In this document: positions 18,206-26,082 of the stretch, piece after piece | How the letters are laid out: each line of letters opens with the position of its first letter | Numbering within the stretch: position 1 is the first letter of the stretch | Virus record (IMG/VR): IMGVR_UViG_2537562195_000010 | Length of the DNA stretch: 53,150 bases | Origin: a virus | Lineage: Duplodnaviria > Heunggongvirae > Uroviricota > Caudoviricetes | Reading direction: 5' to 3' (one strand) | The notes under the pieces: model-generated | Told to the model about the DNA's origin: nothing | The model's input: the letters and a program-made list of their open reading frames with translations, nothing else | Databases searched by the model: none | Translations under genes and position numbers: made by a program

Positions 18206-18634
18206 ATGTATTGCCGTGCTGTACCGGTTCTTGTTTTGATATTAGCCAGTCTGACAACTGGCTGCACAAAAGATGTATCGACAAATAATTATGATGCTTC
18301 TCTGTATCACTCAGATAAATTAATAAAGTCACAAAATTTGAGCTCATCGGAACGTAGCCCTGATGCCAGTGAAGAAATCCGGCAGTATGCCATTCAGGTC
18401 AGGAAAGCCATAGAAGAACAGTTAAAGGATGCGAGTAAGTATTCAGGAAAAGAGTGTTCACTGAGAATGTATATGGCCCCGAATGGTCTTCTGCTACAGG
18501 TTAAAAGAGAAAGCGGTGATCCCGATTTATGTCGTGAAGCGATGAATGCAGTAAAGAATGCTGATATACCATCACCACCGTCTTCAGGAGTATATAAAGC
18601 ATTTAGAAATGGCGTGCTGGATTTTAAACTCTGA
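18206..18634 (+). CDS. Lipoprotein with TolA C-terminal (domain III)-like domain
   Basis: 142 aa; signal peptide with lipobox-like 'LTTGC'; C-terminal 'YAIQVRKAIEEQLKDASKYSGKECSLRMYMAPNGLLLQVKRESGDPDLCREAMNAVKNADIPSPPSSGVYKAFRNGVLDFKL' closely parallels the E. coli TolA C-terminus as I recall it (...GDPALC...KIPKPPSQAVYEVFKNAPLDFKP); AT-rich moron. Confidence 0.7.
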   Translation: MYCRAVPVLVLILASLTTGCTKDVSTNNYDASLYHSDKLIKSQNLSSSERSPDASEEIRQYAIQVRKAIEEQLKDASKYSGKECSLRMYMAPNGLLLQVKRESGDPDLCREAMNAVKNADIPSPPSSGVYKAFRNGVLDFKL

Positions 18635-18700
18635 CAGGGGGGAGAAGATTTTCTCCTGTCCTGATGATTTTGGGGCGCTGGAAAGATATTGTGCTGTGAA

Positions 18701-18950
18701 GTGTTAAATCCCTCACAATTCAGTAAGTTGACAGTTGCCTGTCAGACTGAGCATTTGTTAAAAAAATTTCGCATGGTGAATCCCCCTGTGCGGAGGGGCG
18801 ACTGGTGAACGGTATGATCTCTTTGATGATCGTAAGCGAGAATACGCGGGTTTGGTGTCACCGGGCTGAACTCACCGGGAGGCACCCGGCACCATGCTCA
18901 TGGTGATACAGAAATGCGGCTTCAGCCCCTCTCCGGAGGGGCTTTCTTAT
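18701..18950 (+). repeat. Structured repeat unit A (family of five; possible sRNA gene or promoter-terminator cassette)
   Basis: Contains the conserved blocks 'GTTAAATCCCTCACA', 'TTGTTAAAAAAA', hairpin 'GGTGAATCCCCCTGTGCGGAGGGGC', hairpin 'CACCGGGAGGCACCCGGCACC' and terminator 'GCCCCTC-TCCG-GAGGGGC-TTTCTT' (18925-18948). Confidence 0.7.
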
Positions 18951-19110
18951 GGACAAAAAAAGCCCGCGCTGGGAGACGCGGGCGGCAAGGAATAAACAAT
19001 AAAACGTGAAGTAATACTTCAACTGGCGAATAATACCCGACAGTAATCACTCTGCGCAATAGCGTGGCCTTTTTCGAATTGCGGGCTGTAGTCTCCCTTC
19101 TGCTGGGTGT

Positions 19111-19266
19111 CCTGGTTGCAGATTTCTTCATGGGGTAGGGTTCGGCAGTTAAAGCAGCGATGGCGCTGGGGCGTCGTGCAACTGGCGTTGAGCTGGATAC
19201 CGGGCGTTTTGAACAGACTGCGCAGGAAATCAGGGATGTATTTAGCGGGAGCGGTTTGCAGAAGTA
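19111..19266 (+). pseudogene. Remnant of a DNA methyltransferase 3' end (duplicate of the C-terminus of the 16668..17726 gene)
   Basis: Near-identical to 17578-17726 ('CCTGGTTGCAGATTTCTTCATGGGG...GGCGTCGTGCAACTGGCGTTGAGCTGGA...') but with an in-frame TAG ('FFMG*') and no upstream gene body. Confidence 0.6.
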
Positions 19267-19330
19267 ATCTCCCAAAATGCCATTTTTGGAATATACTGGT
19301 ATTAAGTCTTTTTGCTAAGGTTAATTCAAA

Positions 19331-20056
19331 ATGGATGTTGCCTGCTCTGTGGTCCTGATTCGCTATCCGATAGATATTTTTCTTGAAAAAGAAAAAGTTT
19401 CACTCGATGCCGGAAGTGTTATGCTTGTTGCCAGAAATATAAGAGGGCTTTTCTGTGCTTATGCCGACAGAGTGAAAATGGCAGATATAAGTAACAGCGT
19501 CGTCAATCAGTATCTGGAAAGGGAGTGTGAACTGACGGAGTATACACCGACAAAAATTCCTCTTTATTTGATGTCTGATATTTACAATACGGAACTGGCG
19601 GAGGCTTTAATAACCCAGCATAGTGAATCCAGTGATACTTTGAAGGATTTCTCTGTTATAACCGCATTTTCATGTATCTCCTTATTTGCAACAGACAGAC
19701 GTCTGCCATTATTTTTGTCCGGTGCTGTAAATAATATCAGCTGTAAAGTAAGGGCTATAATTCAGACCGACATATCGGCAGGCTGGATGCTTGGTGTGAT
19801 TGCATTACAATTGCATATGAGCGAAAGCTTGTTGAAGCGAAAACTTAAGGATGAAGGTTATAGCTTTAGTCGGTTGTTGCTGGAGGAGCGAATGCGTGTT
19901 GCTGTTAATCTTGTATGTTTCCAGCGAGAGTGTGGACAAGCGATAGCGGAAAAATGTGGTTACTCAAGTAAGTCCTACTTCATTTCTGTATTTCACCAGT
20001 ATTATGGTGCACCACCTGAGAGCTATGCATATTTGCAGAAAGCAGACGTTATCTGA
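19331..20056 (+). CDS. AraC/XylS-family transcriptional regulator (prophage-encoded)
   Basis: 241 aa; C-terminal double-HTH region '...LHMSESLLKRKLKDEGYSFSRLLLEERMRVAVNLV...IAEKCGYSSKSYFISVFHQYYGAPP' typical of AraC-type regulators; AT-rich island. Confidence 0.75.
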   Translation: MDVACSVVLIRYPIDIFLEKEKVSLDAGSVMLVARNIRGLFCAYADRVKMADISNSVVNQYLERECELTEYTPTKIPLYLMSDIYNTELAEALITQHSESSDTLKDFSVITAFSCISLFATDRRLPLFLSGAVNNISCKVRAIIQTDISAGWMLGVIALQLHMSESLLKRKLKDEGYSFSRLLLEERMRVAVNLVCFQRECGQAIAEKCGYSSKSYFISVFHQYYGAPPESYAYLQKADVI

Positions 20057-20144
20057 TGTTTTTCATCAGGCATATATTGATTGACTGTATTAGATATAGT
20101 CTGAATGTGTTCAGCATAAAAAGTTATAATCATTTGGTGTTTGC

Positions 20145-20423
20145 GTGAATATTGATGAGAAAATCAGATGTAGCCAACTGTTACAGCGTATTGAAGCCGT
20201 CAATGTGGAACGAACAAAGGTCTTCAGTCGTCTGACAGTTTTATTTTGTACCCCTGATCGACGTTCAGGTCAGGAGATGGTTCTTCTGGATGTAGATGCA
20301 CTTCGGAACGTCTGTGAGGAGTTCACCGCGGCTAATTCGGAGTTACTGAGTCTTGTTCAGGAGTACAACAGAATTGCAGGTAGTAACGGTTTTGATGAAA
20401 TCAAAATTATATCCCGTGGATAA
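20145..20423 (+). CDS. Hypothetical protein downstream of the AraC-family regulator
   Basis: 92 aa ORF with GTG start; AT-rich; no family recognised. Confidence 0.4.
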   Translation: MNIDEKIRCSQLLQRIEAVNVERTKVFSRLTVLFCTPDRRSGQEMVLLDVDALRNVCEEFTAANSELLSLVQEYNRIAGSNGFDEIKIISRG

Positions 20424-20671
20424 AACATATCCTGTATATTTATGTTGTTACATACAGGCGCTTTTAGTATCTGCCGCACGGCAGTTGTACTTCAGAATAA
20501 GATGCTTTTGTGACTGGTGGTGTTGTATCTGGGGTTAGCCAGGAGGCAGGTTCAGAGAGTCCGGTGGTAATTATGTGTATGCAGTGGTTGTTGCTGTACC
20601 GTGGGCAAGTTCTGGAACTGGCTTCGTCCATTGTAGATGATTGTTAGCTGGATATCAGTTACCTCATGGAA

Positions 20672-20907
20672 ATGTTAAATGACTCACAATTCGGTTGATG
20701 GGCTATTGTCTGATCGATGGAAGTCTTGTAAAAACGAGCCAGCATAGTGAATCCCCCTGTGCGGAGGGGCGTCTGACATGGTCTCCATAGCGATGGTCAC
20801 AATACGCAGATTCAGTAGTCAGGCTGAATCTACCGGGAGGCACCCGGCACTATGCTGCTTATGGTGTATACATAGCGATCGGCCCCTCTCCGGAGGGGCT
20901 TTTTTTG
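20672..20907 (+). repeat. Structured repeat unit B
   Basis: Same conserved blocks as unit A ('GTTAAATGACTCACA', 'AGTGAATCCCCCTGTGCGGAGGGGC', 'TACCGGGAGGCACCCGGCAC', terminator 'GGCCCCTCTCCGGAGGGGCTTTTTTT'). Confidence 0.7.
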
Positions 20908-20929
20908 TGCGGGAAAAGGCTGTGTTGTT

Positions 20930-21175
20930 AAGTGTTAAATTCCTCACAGTTCAGATGGTTGATGCTTGCCTGTCTGAGGGGGAGTTGTTAAAAAAGTTCT
21001 GCATGGTGAATCCCCCTGTGCGGAGGGGCGACTGGTATGATTTGCATCTTTTCTGTTGTAGGCAATGCAAACGCGGGTTCAGGGACACCAGACTGGACTC
21101 ACCGGGAGGCACCCGGCACCATGTTCATGATGATACAGATACGCAGTGTCAGCCCCTCTCCTGAGGGGCTTTTTT
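20930..21175 (+). repeat. Structured repeat unit C
   Basis: Same conserved blocks; terminator 'AGCCCCTCTCCTGAGGGGCTTTTTT' at 21151-21175; variable central segment. Confidence 0.7.
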
Positions 21176-21202
21176 ATGCAGGAAAAACGCTGTGTTGTGA
21201 AA

Positions 21203-21436
21203 TGTTAAATTCCTCACAGTTCAGATGGTTGATGCTTGCCTGTCTTACGGGGAGTTGTTAAAAAAGTTCTGCATGGTGAATCCCCCTGAGCGGAGGGGCA
21301 TATCAGCGCAGGTGTTTCTACTCTATCCTTTCTGTGCGGGTTCAGGTGCTGATACTGAACTCACCGGGAGGCACCCGGCATCATGCATATGGTTAACAGA
21401 CAAGTAGCGAAGCCCCTCTCCGGAGGGGCTTTTTTA
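21203..21436 (+). repeat. Structured repeat unit D
   Basis: Same conserved blocks; terminator at 21411-21436. Confidence 0.7.
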
Positions 21437-21462
21437 TGCAGGGAAAAGGCTGTGTTGTGAAA

Positions 21463-21690
21463 TGTTAAATTCCTCACAATTCATGAGGTTGATGATTGTC
21501 TGATTGATGAGGAGTTTGTTAAAAAAAACGGGCATGGTGAATCCCCCTGTGCGGAGGGGTGATATCGTATCATTTCCTGTGTGGCCGACTGATATCACGG
21601 ACATTTGTTCACCGGGAGGCACCCGGCACCATGCAGTATACAGAGATTAGGCATACATCCAGGCTCCTCATCGCAGGAGCCTTTTTACAT
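21463..21690 (+). repeat. Structured repeat unit E
   Basis: Same conserved 5' blocks; central segment forms its own inverted repeat ('GTGATATCG...CGACTGATATCAC'); different terminator hairpin 'GGCTCCT-CATCGC-AGGAGCC-TTTTTA'. Confidence 0.65.
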
Positions 21691-21918
21691 GTAAAAAAAA
21701 CCGCTCCTGGGAAGAGCGGTTGGCAAGGAAGCAAGGAATAAATAACAAAACGTGAAGTAATTTATTCAGCACCCTAATAATACCTTAGAGTAATCACCTT
21801 GCGCAACTGTAAGGGCGTATTTCTTTTTTGCGGGCTGTTTTTCTGTGTGACTTTTGTGTTTCCGGAGGTCAGCCCGTGCCTTCTCTGACTCAGAACATTA
21901 TCCCGGCCGGGAGGATTC

Positions 21919-23883
21919 ATGGCATTTAAACACTACGATGTGGTCAGGGCGGCATCGCCGTCAGACCTTGCTGAACGACTGACACAAAAACTGAAGGAGG
22001 GCTGGCAGCCATTTGGCAGTCCGGTGGCCATCACGCCTTATACCCTGATGCAGGCCATTGCGGCGGAAGGTGATGTCACCACACCAGTGGCGGTGACCGG
22101 TAATGAGGGTAAGGCGGTGGCTGTCAGTGCCACCAGCGACCCGGAGTATTACTTTGTTGTGGTTCTGGCAGGGCAGTCAAATGGCATGTCGTATGGTGAA
22201 GGTCTTCCGCTGCCGGAGACATATGACCGTCCGGAGCCGCGCATTAAGCAGCTGGCGCGCCGCAGTACGGTGACACCGGGCGGTGCAGCATGCAAATATA
22301 ACGACATCATTCCGGCGGACCATTGTCTGCATGATGTGCAGGACATGAGCCGCCTTAACCATCCGAAAGCGGACCTGTCAAAGGGGCAGTACGGAACCGT
22401 GGGGCAGGGGCTGCATATTGCCAAAAAATTGCTGCCGTTTATACCGGCGAATGCGGGCATTCTGCTGGTTCCGTGCTGTCGTGGTGGTTCAGCGTTCACC
22501 ACCGGAGCTGATGGCACATACAGTGACGCGAGTGGTGCCTCGGAGAATTCAACCCGCTGGGGTGTTGACAAGCCGCTGTACAAGGACCTTATCGGTCGAA
22601 CAAAAGCAGCACTGAAGAAGAACCCGAAAAATGTGCTGTTTGCCGTGGTGTGGATGCAGGGGGAATTTGATTTTGGCGGTACGCCGGTAAATCACGCAGC
22701 ACAGTTTGGTGCGCTGGTTGATAAATTCCGTGCAGACCTGACGGATATGGCCGGTCAGTGCGTTGGTGGCTCTGCTGGCGGTGTTCCCTGGATATGTGGA
22801 GATACGACGTATTTCTGGAAGCAGAAGAACGAATCCACGTACCAGACGGTGTACGGCAGCTATAAAAACAAAACGGAAAAGAATATCCATTTCGTACCGT
22901 TCATGACGGATGAGAACGGGGTGAATGTGCCGACGAACAAACCGGAAGAAGACCCGGACATTCCGGGTATCGGGTATTACGGTTCGAAATGGCGTGACAG
23001 CTCAGCCACCTGGACGTCACAGGACAGGGCGAGCCATTTCAGCACCTGGGCACGCCGGGGGATTATTTCCGACCGTCTGGCAACGGCGATTCTGGTGCAC
23101 GCCGGGAGAACCGCTGAATTCATTACCGGAAAACAGCCTGATATGGTGAGGCCCACCGTACCTTCCGGTGAAGGTCCGGAGAGAGAGGCGGAAGCCCCGG
23201 CCAGTAAGCGTACCCTGATGAGTCTGCTGGCATCCGGCGAAGACCTGGCATCACAGGGCTGGCGCTATTATCACAAACCGGCGGGCGGAGACAGTGTTAA
23301 CAAAAACATTGCTGAAGCGGTGGTCAGTGATGCGGGGGCTACGGGAGGTAAGGCTCTGCAACTGAACAAACCGGAAAACCACATCTGGTTTCTGGAGCAT
23401 GATGCAGCCGGACAGGGGGCGGAGTTACTGAAGAAGGGCGGACGTGTGAGCGTACGGTTTAAGTTGCCGGGTTCACTGGTGCCGAATCAGTTTGCCCTGG
23501 GCATTTACTGGCAGTTGTCGTCCCTGCCGGAGGGGGTGACGCTGTCAGGAGAAGGTAACGATATGCTGATGTCCTTCTTTCTGCAGACGGATACGACGAA
23601 CCTGAACGCGATGCATCACAGGAAGCCGAATGCGAAGCTGGATACATTCGGGGTCTTTGATAACGGATGGCACACGCTGGCTTTTGAGTTTGCCGGAAAC
23701 AACAGCATTCAGGTGACACCAGTACTGGATGAGAAACGGGGAGCGGCGTTCACACTGGTGAAGTCACCGGCATCGGGGGTGGCGGACAAACTGCAACTGA
23801 CCGATATATCAAAATCGGCGACGTATACGCTGCTGATTGACAGCATTGCGGTGGAAGTGAACAGCACAGACACTGCGGCATGA
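21919..23883 (+). CDS. nanS: NanS-p-like sialate O-acetylesterase (DUF1737 N-terminus plus SASA/DUF303 esterase domain)
   Basis: 654 aa; N-terminal 'MAFKHYDVVRAASPSDLAERLTQKLKEGW' and esterase region 'VVVLAGQSNGMSYGEG...AVVWMQGEFD' match the NanS-p family encoded downstream of stx in Shiga-toxin phages. Confidence 0.8.
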   Translation: MAFKHYDVVRAASPSDLAERLTQKLKEGWQPFGSPVAITPYTLMQAIAAEGDVTTPVAVTGNEGKAVAVSATSDPEYYFVVVLAGQSNGMSYGEGLPLPETYDRPEPRIKQLARRSTVTPGGAACKYNDIIPADHCLHDVQDMSRLNHPKADLSKGQYGTVGQGLHIAKKLLPFIPANAGILLVPCCRGGSAFTTGADGTYSDASGASENSTRWGVDKPLYKDLIGRTKAALKKNPKNVLFAVVWMQGEFDFGGTPVNHAAQFGALVDKFRADLTDMAGQCVGGSAGGVPWICGDTTYFWKQKNESTYQTVYGSYKNKTEKNIHFVPFMTDENGVNVPTNKPEEDPDIPGIGYYGSKWRDSSATWTSQDRASHFSTWARRGIISDRLATAILVHAGRTAEFITGKQPDMVRPTVPSGEGPEREAEAPASKRTLMSLLASGEDLASQGWRYYHKPAGGDSVNKNIAEAVVSDAGATGGKALQLNKPENHIWFLEHDAAGQGAELLKKGGRVSVRFKLPGSLVPNQFALGIYWQLSSLPEGVTLSGEGNDMLMSFFLQTDTTNLNAMHHRKPNAKLDTFGVFDNGWHTLAFEFAGNNSIQVTPVLDEKRGAAFTLVKSPASGVADKLQLTDISKSATYTLLIDSIAVEVNSTDTAA

Positions 23884-24017
23884 TAAAAAAAGCCGCCAGC
23901 TACCGGAATGGACTGGCGGTGGTAATACCCATGGAGAAATATAAAGGAACGATACTTTCGTGCTCTGTTTTTTTAAATGAAAACAGTTCTTATTGTCAAC
24001 AATAACGGAAAGAAATT

Positions 24018-24197
24018 ATGACATTTCTGAACCAGTTAATGCTGTACTTCTGTACGGTGGTCTGTGTGCTGTATCTCCTTTCGGGTGGATACCGGGCCAT
24101 GCGTGACTTCTGGCGCAGACAGATTGACAAAAGGGCCGCTGAGAAAATCAGCGCCAGTCAGTCAGCCGGAAGCAAACCCGAAGAGCCGCTCGTTTAG
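24018..24197 (+). CDS. Small putative membrane protein (59 aa)
   Basis: 'MTFLNQLMLYFCTVVCVLYLLSGGYRAMRDFWRRQ...'; one TM helix then a basic tail; weak RBS; below the ORF-track size threshold. Confidence 0.3.
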   Translation: MTFLNQLMLYFCTVVCVLYLLSGGYRAMRDFWRRQIDKRAAEKISASQSAGSKPEEPLV

Positions 24198-24237
24198 CGG
24201 CAACTTTCTTAATCACACCTTTCGACGAGAAAATCCC

Positions 24238-24483
24238 ATGTCAGAAATTACATCCCTGGTCACTGCTGAAGCAGTGAAGGACGTCCTGCGCTCTGAAGAA
24301 GTCCTGAGCGCACTGAAACAGAAACTTCGCCATAACCTGGAAGCGCGTCTTGATGCAGAAGTGGATGCCATTCTGGATGAACTGCTGGGCGCACCGGCAG
24401 CTCCGGAGCCGGAAGGCATCGCGGGAGAGGGGAGTGCTTCAGATAGCGGTGACCCCACACCTGACAGCGACATGATGATGTAA
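24238..24483 (+). CDS. Hypothetical acidic protein
   Basis: 81 aa from '[16 protein letters not shown]...'; the ORF-track start at 24064 is probably too far upstream. Confidence 0.4.
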   Translation: MSEITSLVTAEAVKDVLRSEEVLSALKQKLRHNLEARLDAEVDAILDELLGAPAAPEPEGIAGEGSASDSGDPTPDSDMMM

Positions 24484-24560
24484 GCATGCGTCAGGGACCA
24501 TCGGTGTGTGCCGGTGGTCTTTTTTATTGTTGTGAGCTTCCGGATTGCGGGAGGCGGGGT

Positions 24561-24776
24561 ATGTACCAGATGGAAAAAATCACAACAGGTGTGTCATACA
24601 CCACGTCAGCGGTGGGAACGGGCTACTGGTTCCTGCAGTTGCTGGACAAAGTCTCCCCGTCTCAGTGGGCGGCAATAGGCGTGCTGGGGAGTCTGCTGTT
24701 TGGGCTGCTGACATATCTGACGAACCTGTATTTCAAAATTAAAGAAGACCGGCGTAAGGCGGCGCGGGGAGAGTAG
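24561..24776 (+). CDS. Pinholin (phage 21 S-type class II holin, dual start)
   Basis: 71 aa '[71 protein letters not shown]'; two TM helices and a Met1/Met4 dual-start motif characteristic of S21. Confidence 0.85.
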   Translation: MYQMEKITTGVSYTTSAVGTGYWFLQLLDKVSPSQWAAIGVLGSLLFGLLTYLTNLYFKIKEDRRKAARGE

Positions 24777-24779
24777 ACG

Positions 24780-25571
24780 ATGAATAAACAATACGAACTG
24801 GTTGTTAAAGGGATAAATATTTACCCGGATAAGATTACTGTTACTGTGGCGCTGGAAACTGGTGGGTATACGTCACTGTTGTTGCCAAATGTGGTGATTG
24901 ATCTTGATCGTGTTGAAGGTGCCCCGCTGGAGTTTTACGAAGCTGAGGCGAAAAAGAAGGCGAAGCAGTTTTTCATGGATATTGCTGCCGGGTTATGTGA
25001 AGGGAACGAACCGTTGCCGGAAAAGCGCCTCTGTTCAGAAGAGCGGTATACCATACAAATTAACAATGCATATAACACGATACAGTCAGAAAAAGATGAT
25101 ATCGAATCACGCATTGAAAAACTGGAGAACAGCGTCGTTGAACTGAATAAAAAACTGTCGGTGCAGATCCCTTCCGAAGGTGAAAAAAAACGCCGTGATG
25201 AGCAGTTCGCGGCGTTTTACGATTATTGCCGGAAAGTGATGAGCAGAAATCTCGCAGAGTGTTTCCGTATTCAAAAAAACAGAGAGCGCTCTGCAAATAG
25301 TGAGATTCTGGATAATTTTTTAAAGGGGACGCATCTCGCCAGTGATTGTTTCATTGCTCATTCTTTTGGTGGCTTTCATGAGGCCATCAAACATGATGTT
25401 GAGAGAAGTCCAGGTATCCTCTGTTCCATTCCCGTAAGCATCGAAATAGACACAAATACGATAACCGGTGAACTCGTTACCGCCGGAGTCGGTATATTCC
25501 GTCATGAGGGGAACGATGCCAAAGGTTCCTTTACAAAAATCGGGCCGTTCTTTCTGAAGGTAGAGCGATAG
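24780..25571 (+). CDS. Hypothetical protein inserted between holin and endolysin (coiled-coil centre)
   Basis: 263 aa ORF starting 3 nt after the pinholin stop with a GGGGAGAG RBS; central predicted coiled coil; last ~250 nt overlap a convergent minus-strand ORF in the complementary register, so the true 3' end is uncertain. Confidence 0.45.
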   Translation: MNKQYELVVKGINIYPDKITVTVALETGGYTSLLLPNVVIDLDRVEGAPLEFYEAEAKKKAKQFFMDIAAGLCEGNEPLPEKRLCSEERYTIQINNAYNTIQSEKDDIESRIEKLENSVVELNKKLSVQIPSEGEKKRRDEQFAAFYDYCRKVMSRNLAECFRIQKNRERSANSEILDNFLKGTHLASDCFIAHSFGGFHEAIKHDVERSPGILCSIPVSIEIDTNTITGELVTAGVGIFRHEGNDAKGSFTKIGPFFLKVER

Positions 25572-25952
25572 TTTGTTAAGTACCCATCCGACAGCTCGCT
25601 CATTTTGGTTTATTTTCGTATCGCGAAACAAAAATTCGAAGCGGCCAGATGACGCATGGGTGCAACCAAATACCGGGGCGTATTCATCAACCTTTGGTGT
25701 TCCTGAAAACATGCAGTCCGTGCTCTCGAATGCAGATGAATTGCTGTTGATCCACTTAACAAAAGAAAAAAAGGTCTGAATCGCTTGTCTGTCTGAATAT
25801 TCAACAAAATCCTCAAGGTGTGTCTCGATCAGTTCCGGGTGTTTACGAAAGTCATAATATTGACCGGGACGATATTTATGAGTGGTTGTTTTATCCCATG
25901 GTTGTGCTCTGCGTCCCTGTAAACGGAGGTCTGCCGCTGGATAGATAAGCAT
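25320..25952 (-). CDS. Hypothetical protein, antisense to late transcription
   Basis: 211 aa from 'MLIYPAADLRL...'; AGGAGA RBS 6 nt upstream of the ATG on the minus strand; E. coli-like codon choice; no family recognised. Confidence 0.5.
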   Translation of the reverse strand: MLIYPAADLRLQGRRAQPWDKTTTHKYRPGQYYDFRKHPELIETHLEDFVEYSDRQAIQTFFSFVKWINSNSSAFESTDCMFSGTPKVDEYAPVFGCTHASSGRFEFLFRDTKINQNERAVGWVLNKLSLYLQKERPDFCKGTFGIVPLMTEYTDSGGNEFTGYRICVYFDAYGNGTEDTWTSLNIMFDGLMKATKRMSNETITGEMRPL

Positions 25953-26082
25953 AAGTAATCTCCTGGTGGAATGTAATCCACGATCATCCGGGGAAATTAA
26001 GAACCCGCCAGTGCCCACCACTGGTGGGGTGAAGGCTTAACATATCCAGGGATTCGGAACCGATAAATCCTGATAAATATCC

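Noticed and set aside
17930-18210. Expected stxA/stxB position downstream of the tRNAs
   Set aside because: I looked for an A-subunit-sized ORF followed by a ~90-aa B-subunit ORF and found none; the only gene is the TolA-like lipoprotein, so I do not call a Shiga toxin locus.
20778-21407. ORFs 20778..21164, 21037..21261 and 21225..21407 spanning the structured repeat units
   Set aside because: Their frames pass through conserved hairpins and terminators and are not conserved between units (unit A would give an 11-aa peptide from the same ATG), so they are more likely non-coding.
18701-21690. Possibility that the five tandem units are a CRISPR array
   Set aside because: The repeats are ~250 bp, not 25-40 bp, are not separated by unique spacers of constant length, and no cas genes are present.
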